From: Halogeometricum borinquense DSM 11551
GTDB lineage: Archaea > Halobacteriota > Halobacteria > Halobacteriales > Haloferacaceae
DNA length: 32,000 nucleotides
NCBI RefSeq assembly: GCF_000172995.2
Contig: NC_014735.1
Coordinates: 150,001-182,000, forward strand
Reading direction: 5' to 3'
Of the stretch, positions 26,414 to 32,000 are shown one piece after another. The notes under the pieces are model-generated. The model saw only the letters and a list, made by a program, of their open reading frames with translations. It was not told where the DNA came from and ran no database searches. Position 1 is the first letter of the stretch. Each line of letters starts with the position of its first letter. The translations under genes and the position numbers were made by a program.

Positions 26414-29400
26414 ATGAGGCTCGGGAATAGCAACCGCACCAAACTGATAAGTCTGGTGCTAGTGGGAGTCGTGGTCTTCTCCACAGTCGTCGGACCTGTG
26501 TCCGCGGCTTCCGCGTTGTCAGGTGAACAGGATTCTACTCACAGTGTCGCCGTTCCGGGGAGTGGAACGGCGCCGCTTTCCGTGAGTGATGATCTCAAGA
26601 TAAATGCGACAGAGAATATCTCAGTCTGGCAGTATAGTCTGTTGCCGCTACGAGCGCAGACATTTAGTACGCCAGATGTGTCCGACGTTCAGAAACCCGC
26701 ACACTCGATTGAGAGTACTTCTGTGAGGATTAAGACGGGAGACCTATCCACATCGCTGGATAAACAACAGTTCCACGTTTTCACACGCGGGGAACCGATC
26801 ACGTCGAAGTTCTTCCAAGACGGGTATCAGGACGTCATCGACGATGAGCGCGTTCAGACAGTCGCTATCCGACTGAAAGAGGGTGCCGAGAAACCCGATT
26901 CGATCGAGCATATCAGTCGATACATCACTGACAGCGAGAACACGCATGCTCGAATTATCAATGACACGACGGGTGAACCCGGTAAGAACTACTTCCGATT
27001 TACACCCCAGAAATCCGGTCAGTACGTCTTTGCAGTGGCGATAGTCGAGAACGGGAGCCAACCTGACCATCCCGGCCTCGTTCAGATTTCTGACGGTGAT
27101 CTCGAAGCCAAGAGCAACATTACCATTGTTGGCTTTAATCACTACATCGTGCGTGAGGGTGCGTCCTCGGTCAGTCATCAACCGGTCGCCGCTACCGGCA
27201 GCAATGTCTCGGTACACGTGGACGCCTCGCAGAACCTCAGCGCGTCCGACGTGTCTCATACCGTTCTCTTGCTCAACGAAACCGAAATCAGCGACCAAAG
27301 CCAGGAAATTCGAGTCAACGGGACGGAAATCGAGGCTATCGAATCTTCTGTCTCTGGTGTTGAAGGCGTCGTCGATATCGAGGATGGTACGAACATCCTC
27401 GGAAGCGAACTTCCCAAAGGCCAGTACAACGGAAATACGAACGTTATCTCGCTGCTCGAACGGCTGACTGATAATTCGACGAACGTCACTTCGACCGGCG
27501 ATACGACGCTGTACTCGTCGTTGACCAGTACCGTTGGTGGCCCGACGGAGACTGTCTCGCTGCAAACGAACGAGAATTTCTCGACCGGCGAGTACTCGAT
27601 TATTCACTTTGCAACGGCGCAGGACAGCACCGAAACCATCACGTCCGAAAGCACGATCAAACTCGTCGAAGGCGTCCAACTGAACCTCGCGGCGAACAAC
27701 ACGACGGTTCGGCAGGGGACGCCAGTCACGTTCACGGTGACCAACGAAGAGGATGAGCCGGTTGCCAACGCCAACGTGACCTACGCTGGCGAGACCTACA
27801 CGACGGGCGCTGACGGAACCGTGACGTTCTCCCCGAAGGAGTCCGCCACGGCAACCGTCAGTAAGGAACCGGTCGGTGACACGGCCTATATCGGTGACAG
27901 CGTCGCTCTCTCCGTTGTGGCTCCCGCGTTCGAGCTGACCGAGTTCGATCTCTCCACGACGGAACTGTCGAGCGACGAGACGCTGGTCGTCAACGGTACC
28001 GTTCAGAACGTCGGTGACTTCGAGGGCTACTTCACCTTCGAACTCAAGCGCGACGGACAGATCATCGACGAGCAGACGGTTCAGGTCGCTCCCGGGCAGA
28101 CCGCTGCTGCCTCCTTCGATGTGACGTTCGACCAGACCGGCCAGTTCGATATCGGTCTCAACAGTCTGGCTCCGAAGACGGTGACTGTCACTGGTATTCC
28201 GGACATCGAGTACTCCAACTTCGATGTCAGCTCGACCGACGTTGACCTCGGTGACAGTGTCACGGTGTCCGCGACCGTCGAAAACAACGGCTCCGGTCCG
28301 GGCGAATACAACGCCTCGTTCGTCAAGAACGGCGATATCACCGACTACCAGAACGGAACGCTCGGCGCTGGTGAGTCGAAGACCATCTCGTTCACCAAGA
28401 CGCTCGCGCCCGGCACGTACGACCTCGGAATTGCCGGACTCGGTCCCGCGACGGTGACCGTTAACGCACCGGCGAACCTCGAATACTCGAACTTCGAGGT
28501 GTCTCCGGATACCGTCGCACTGGGCGAGTCCATCACCGCGAACGCGACGGTCGAAAATACCGGTGGTCAGGCTGGCTCCTTCCTCGTCGCCTTCGCTGTC
28601 GATGACGAGGTTCTGGAGACGAGAAACGTCTCCTTGGACAGCGGCGAGACCACGAATGTCTCGTTCACCGCGGACAGTCTCGGTATCGGCGACCACACGG
28701 TTCGCATCGGCTCGCTCGATGCGAAGACCGTGACCGTCTCCGCTCCCGACCTCGCGGCGACCGTGACGAACACGCCGTCGGAGGTCTCTGAGGGCGTCGT
28801 TCCGGTCGAAGCGACGGTCTCGAACGTCGGGAACGCCGAGGTGACCGATGCGACGGTTGTCCTCGACGCACAGCCTGAAGGCGGGTCCAACTACACTCAA
28901 CTGACGAACGAGAGCGTGACGCTCTCGCCCGGCAGTTCGACGACGGTGACTGCTGAACTCACCCGTGCGGAAGCACGGAACTACACCGTTCGCGTCCGTG
29001 CCGATGCGGACGATCAGTTCACCGAACCGGACGAACAGAACAACATTGACGAACAGTTGGTCACTGGTGGTCCGCTTATCACCGGGACCATCAACACGTC
29101 TGACGGCGACGCGGCGGCCGACGACGTCGTGTACAGCTTCGTCCTCGACGGACTGAACGTGACCGCTGTGAACGGTGCCGTGACCAACGACAACGGGACG
29201 TTCTACGTCCCCGCGAACGCGACGACCGAACAGAACGTCGGCTACCGGCAGCTCAACCTCTCAGCTAGCCAAGCCGATGATCCGGTGTTCGAACGCGACG
29301 GTTCGCCGGACATCTACGCGCTGACGACGGTCCCCGCCGTGACGAACGTCTCGAACATCGGGACGTTCGACCTGCCGAACGCCGGTGTGCTGAACGTCAC

Positions 29401-32000
29401 GGTCGTAGACCAAGACGGCGACCCTGTCGAGGGAGCAACTGTCACTGTCGTCCATCGGAACAACGACGCGATCACGGGTATCACCGAATCGACGACGGCG
29501 CAAGGAACACCCATCTTCAGTGAAGGCGGTGAGACCGGCATCGAGGTTCGCGGTGATGTCGGTGTCATCGTCGAACCACCGGAAGAAGACCGGTTCTCTG
29601 AGGGTCCGTACACGCGCAACGTCACTGTCAGCGAGAACGGCAAAGATCTCGTCATCCATCTCGCCGAAGGCGCTGATCTGAAGCCCGACCTCGATATCGA
29701 GCGACAACAGCGCTTCGGCGACAACGTCACAGCGAACGTGACGGTCTCGAATGACGGTCTCGTGGATGTCGATAACGCAACTGTTGACCTCCGGATTCGG
29801 AGTGCATCCGGTGAGACGAAGACGCTCACCAAGCACACAGGCTTCGTCGCCAACCGGACCGACAGTGCGAACGAGACGGAACTCTCGTTCGACTTCACCG
29901 ACTTCGCTGAGGACAACCTGCTCGGCGACCTTGCGGACGGCAACGCCCGCGTGACGGTTATCGTTGACCCGAACAACGAAATCACCGAGACGGACGAAGG
30001 CAACAACATCGCAGTCAACTCGACGCTCGTCCGGTACGCTGACGCCGACGTTCGGGTCTTCGTCCCGAAAAACACGCTGGCCAGTACGCCCACCAACACG
30101 GTCGTATTCGTGAAGAACAACGGTACGGCACCGATTCTGAACGCGACGGCCGCGGTTGACTACGGTGATGGCAGTAACACGACGGTCGATCTGGGTCGTA
30201 TCAACGCCTCGCAGACCAACACCACGCGAGCGCCTCACACCTACAACAGTGGTGGCGATTACACGGTGACTGCGACGGTTGACGACGCAGTACCGTTCGA
30301 CAACAACGAGGCAGCGAAGACGATTGAGGTCAAAGCGTTCGATCTGAACCTCGACGCGGAGGACATCTCGGTCCCGACTGACGCGACGAACGGGACGACG
30401 TTCACCGCGACGGCACGGTTCCAGACGAACTACCCGACGACGGTGAATGCGACGCTCGAACTCCCGGACGGCCTCGAACTGGTCGCTTCGGAGAACGCGA
30501 GCAAAGATGTCCCAGCATCCGCTACCGGTGGGACCGCTGCGTGGAAGGTCCGAGTCAACACGACTGAGGATGTCTCCGACGCGCAGGTGAACGTCACGAC
30601 GAAGGCACACGGCCAAACGTCGTCGGCGAGCACCACTCTGAACCTCTCGGTGCCGAAGATCCGCCTCACGGACACCAACGCGACGACGCTTTCGTCGGGT
30701 TCGGACAACGTGACGGTTGATCTGTCCAGTGCGACGACCTACGACCACACGGTGAACGTCACCGTGCAGGCTGGTTCACAGGGACGGACCCTCGCAGGCC
30801 TCGAATATCTGTTCACCTACCCGTACGGGTGCGTCGAGCAGACGACGAGCCAGATGATGGGTGCGCTTCGGACGGACCAGTACTACCGCAGTGGCGACAT
30901 CCCGAACAACTACAACCGGCAACGGGCGAACGACACTATCGAAATCGGTGTCGAAAAGCTCGGCACGAACCAAGCGTCCTCGCTCATCTGGCCTGATCTC
31001 GCACAGAACGAGGACGGCTCTTGGAGCATGTACGGCGGCGCCTTCTACGACGAGGGCGACCTCTACTACACGACCGCCGCGCTGCAGGGCGTGACGTCGG
31101 TTGCAAACGACGAAGTGCAAGGGACCCGCGCTGAGGTCTCAGACGATATCCAGACGGTCAACGCAAGTCGTTCGATCGAGTGGCTCTCCGACCACCAGCG
31201 CGCTGATGGCTCCGTCCCCGCGACGGATTACTTCCTCCGCGACCAGTTCTCCTCGACGGGGTACACGATGGTCGCGTTCGACCGCGCAGAGCCACACCTC
31301 AACTCGAGTGCTACGCAGACCGCCGAGGACTTCCGCGTCGATGCGGCAGTCTTCCTCATCGAGAACCAGAACAGCGACGGTAGCTGGGCGAGCGACCGAA
31401 GTCAGTCCGACATCAGCCAGAAACCGCAGGCGACTGCACTCGCGCTCCGCGGCCTCGCAACGGTCAACGAGAGCGCTGCACTCCGTCAGCGTGTGAATCA
31501 ACAAACCGATACCGACCTGTCCACTGCCATCGATAACGGTTCGCAGTGGCTGATCGACAACCAGAACGCCGATGGCTCGTGGGACGCCTATCGGAACTCC
31601 TTCTTCTGGAGTTCTAACGGCGAAGTCACGCGGGCGACGGGTCACTCGATCCTTGCACTGAACGAGACGCAGGGCGTGACGACCCAAGGAACCTCGGACG
31701 CAGCCGACTCTGTCGAGGATGCCACCGACTACCTCGTTGGCGTCTACGACAGTGACGGCTCGTTCGGTAACACCCGTGCGACGGGTGTGGCAATCAACGC
31801 GCTGACCACCGCGGACCAGCGCGGTGTCACTCCGCAGACCGTCGATGTGACGGTTGGCGGCGTGACGAAGACCGCATCGGTCGATAGTTCGACGACGACC
31901 GATACGGTCACCTTCTCGACCAGTGAACTTCAGCAGTTCCGCGACGAGGGAACTGGTAAAATCGAGTTAGAGGCACAGAACTCCGACAGCCTCGTCGTCA
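26414..32000 (+). CDS. giant secreted CARDB/PKD-repeat protein with an alpha-2-macroglobulin-type thioester domain (3'-truncated by the window edge; at least 1,862 aa)
   Basis: I translated frame 2 by hand from the ATG at 26414 to nt 31999 and found no stop. Frame was checked at 27929, 30830, 31001 and 31982. Elements in order: Sec signal MRLGNSNRTKLISLVLVGVVVFSTVVGPVSA|AS; CARDB-like repeats (EYSNFDVSSTDVDLGDSVTVSATVENNGSG..., ...DPNNEITETDEGNN); a PKD-like motif VDYGDGSNTT...HTYNSGGDYTVTATVDD; then LEYLFTYPYGCVEQTTSQMMG and repeated DGSW motifs. The ORF is not in the supplied track, presumably because it has no stop in the window. Confidence 0.9.
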   Translation, partial: MRLGNSNRTKLISLVLVGVVVFSTVVGPVSAASALSGEQDSTHSVAVPGSGTAPLSVSDDLKINATENISVWQYSLLPLRAQTFSTPDVSDVQKPAHSIESTSVRIKTGDLSTSLDKQQFHVFTRGEPITSKFFQDGYQDVIDDERVQTVAIRLKEGAEKPDSIEHISRYITDSENTHARIINDTTGEPGKNYFRFTPQKSGQYVFAVAIVENGSQPDHPGLVQISDGDLEAKSNITIVGFNHYIVREGASSVSHQPVAATGSNVSVHVDASQNLSASDVSHTVLLLNETEISDQSQEIRVNGTEIEAIESSVSGVEGVVDIEDGTNILGSELPKGQYNGNTNVISLLERLTDNSTNVTSTGDTTLYSSLTSTVGGPTETVSLQTNENFSTGEYSIIHFATAQDSTETITSESTIKLVEGVQLNLAANNTTVRQGTPVTFTVTNEEDEPVANANVTYAGETYTTGADGTVTFSPKESATATVSKEPVGDTAYIGDSVALSVVAPAFELTEFDLSTTELSSDETLVVNGTVQNVGDFEGYFTFELKRDGQIIDEQTVQVAPGQTAAASFDVTFDQTGQFDIGLNSLAPKTVTVTGIPDIEYSNFDVSSTDVDLGDSVTVSATVENNGSGPGEYNASFVKNGDITDYQNGTLGAGESKTISFTKTLAPGTYDLGIAGLGPATVTVNAPANLEYSNFEVSPDTVALGESITANATVENTGGQAGSFLVAFAVDDEVLETRNVSLDSGETTNVSFTADSLGIGDHTVRIGSLDAKTVTVSAPDLAATVTNTPSEVSEGVVPVEATVSNVGNAEVTDATVVLDAQPEGGSNYTQLTNESVTLSPGSSTTVTAELTRAEARNYTVRVRADADDQFTEPDEQNNIDEQLVTGGPLITGTINTSDGDAAADDVVYSFVLDGLNVTAVNGAVTNDNGTFYVPANATTEQNVGYRQLNLSASQADDPVFERDGSPDIYALTTVPAVTNVSNIGTFDLPNAGVLNVTVVDQDGDPVEGATVTVVHRNNDAITGITESTTAQGTPIFSEGGETGIEVRGDVGVIVEPPEEDRFSEGPYTRNVTVSENGKDLVIHLAEGADLKPDLDIERQQRFGDNVTANVTVSNDGLVDVDNATVDLRIRSASGETKTLTKHTGFVANRTDSANETELSFDFTDFAEDNLLGDLADGNARVTVIVDPNNEITETDEGNNIAVNSTLVRYADADVRVFVPKNTLASTPTNTVVFVKNNGTAPILNATAAVDYGDGSNTTVDLGRINASQTNTTRAPHTYNSGGDYTVTATVDDAVPFDNNEAAKTIEVKAFDLNLDAEDISVPTDATNGTTFTATARFQTNYPTTVNATLELPDGLELVASENASKDVPASATGGTAAWKVRVNTTEDVSDAQVNVTTKAHGQTSSASTTLNLSVPKIRLTDTNATTLSSGSDNVTVDLSSATTYDHTVNVTVQAGSQGRTLAGLEYLFTYPYGCVEQTTSQMMGALRTDQYYRSGDIPNNYNRQRANDTIEIGVEKLGTNQASSLIWPDLAQNEDGSWSMYGGAFYDEGDLYYTTAALQGVTSVANDEVQGTRAEVSDDIQTVNASRSIEWLSDHQRADGSVPATDYFLRDQFSSTGYTMVAFDRAEPHLNSSATQTAEDFRVDAAVFLIENQNSDGSWASDRSQSDISQKPQATALALRGLATVNESAALRQRVNQQTDTDLSTAIDNGSQWLIDNQNADGSWDAYRNSFFWSSNGEVTRATGHSILALNETQGVTTQGTSDAADSVEDATDYLVGVYDSDGSFGNTRATGVAINALTTADQRGVTPQTVDVTVGGVTKTASVDSSTTTDTVTFSTSELQQFRDEGTGKIELEAQNSDSLVV
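30827..30841 (+). other. predicted thioester motif G-C-V-E-Q (Cys1473/Gln1476 of the giant ORF)
   Basis: Codons ggg tgc gtc gag cag at 30827-30841 lie in the context YPYGCVEQTTS. This matches the CxEQ thioester signature of A2M/complement-family proteins (GCGEQ in human A2M, CLEQ in E. coli ECAM). Confidence 0.7.

Noticed and set aside
26744-28900. 718-aa minus-strand ORF, the longest ORF in the supplied track for this region
   Set aside because: It is antisense to the uninterrupted plus-strand frame-2 gene. Its product is Arg/Val/Asp/Gly-rich with no signal peptide or recognisable domain, as expected for a shadow ORF in G+C-rich coding DNA. The plus-strand product has a signal peptide and recognisable repeats.
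29261-30748. 495-aa minus-strand ORF, with the overlapping 29314-30120 and 31139-31687 minus-strand ORFs
   Set aside because: Same reasoning: these are antisense shadows of the giant plus-strand gene, with Arg-rich low-complexity translations.

Overview
The window looks like a haloarchaeal (class Halobacteria) chromosome segment: acidic predicted proteins, Tat/lipobox signal peptides, a CetZ tubulin-family gene and G+C-rich coding DNA. All motif calls, identities and composition figures below are hand-read estimates; no searches were run.

Layout:
1. nt 1-3668: a four-gene ABC importer operon (substrate-binding protein, two permeases, ATPase).
2. nt 3669-4203: a 535-bp non-coding gap between convergent genes. 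It is A-poor and T-rich and carries degenerate 'TGTGTTCATT' repeats.
3. nt 4204-6108 (minus strand): a PQQ-like beta-propeller lipoprotein and a truncated zinc-phospholipase-C-like gene.
4. nt ~5.7-15.1 kb: a visibly AT-richer island. It holds two paralogous ABC-2 exporter modules (one with a fused double permease), a DUF1724-type HTH regulator and two Tat-signal secreted proteins (one apparently frameshifted). Two ~660-bp direct repeats, 5,243 bp apart, bracket a 4.6-kb cassette; their right ends duplicate the 3' end of the gene at 15110-15748.
5. nt 15985-26194: cetZ, a DUF1616 membrane protein, and a MoxR / DUF58 / DUF4129 / DUF4350 cluster with several small membrane proteins.
6. nt 26414 to the window end: one uninterrupted plus-strand ORF of at least 1,862 codons that is absent from the supplied ORF track because it has no stop in the window. 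It encodes a Sec-signal, sequon-rich protein with CARDB/PKD repeats. These run into an alpha-2-macroglobulin-type thioester domain ('YPYGCVEQTTS' followed by repeated 'DGSW' helical-hairpin motifs).

The thioester protein is the most interesting feature. No rRNA, tRNA, CRISPR array, integrase or transposase was recognised.
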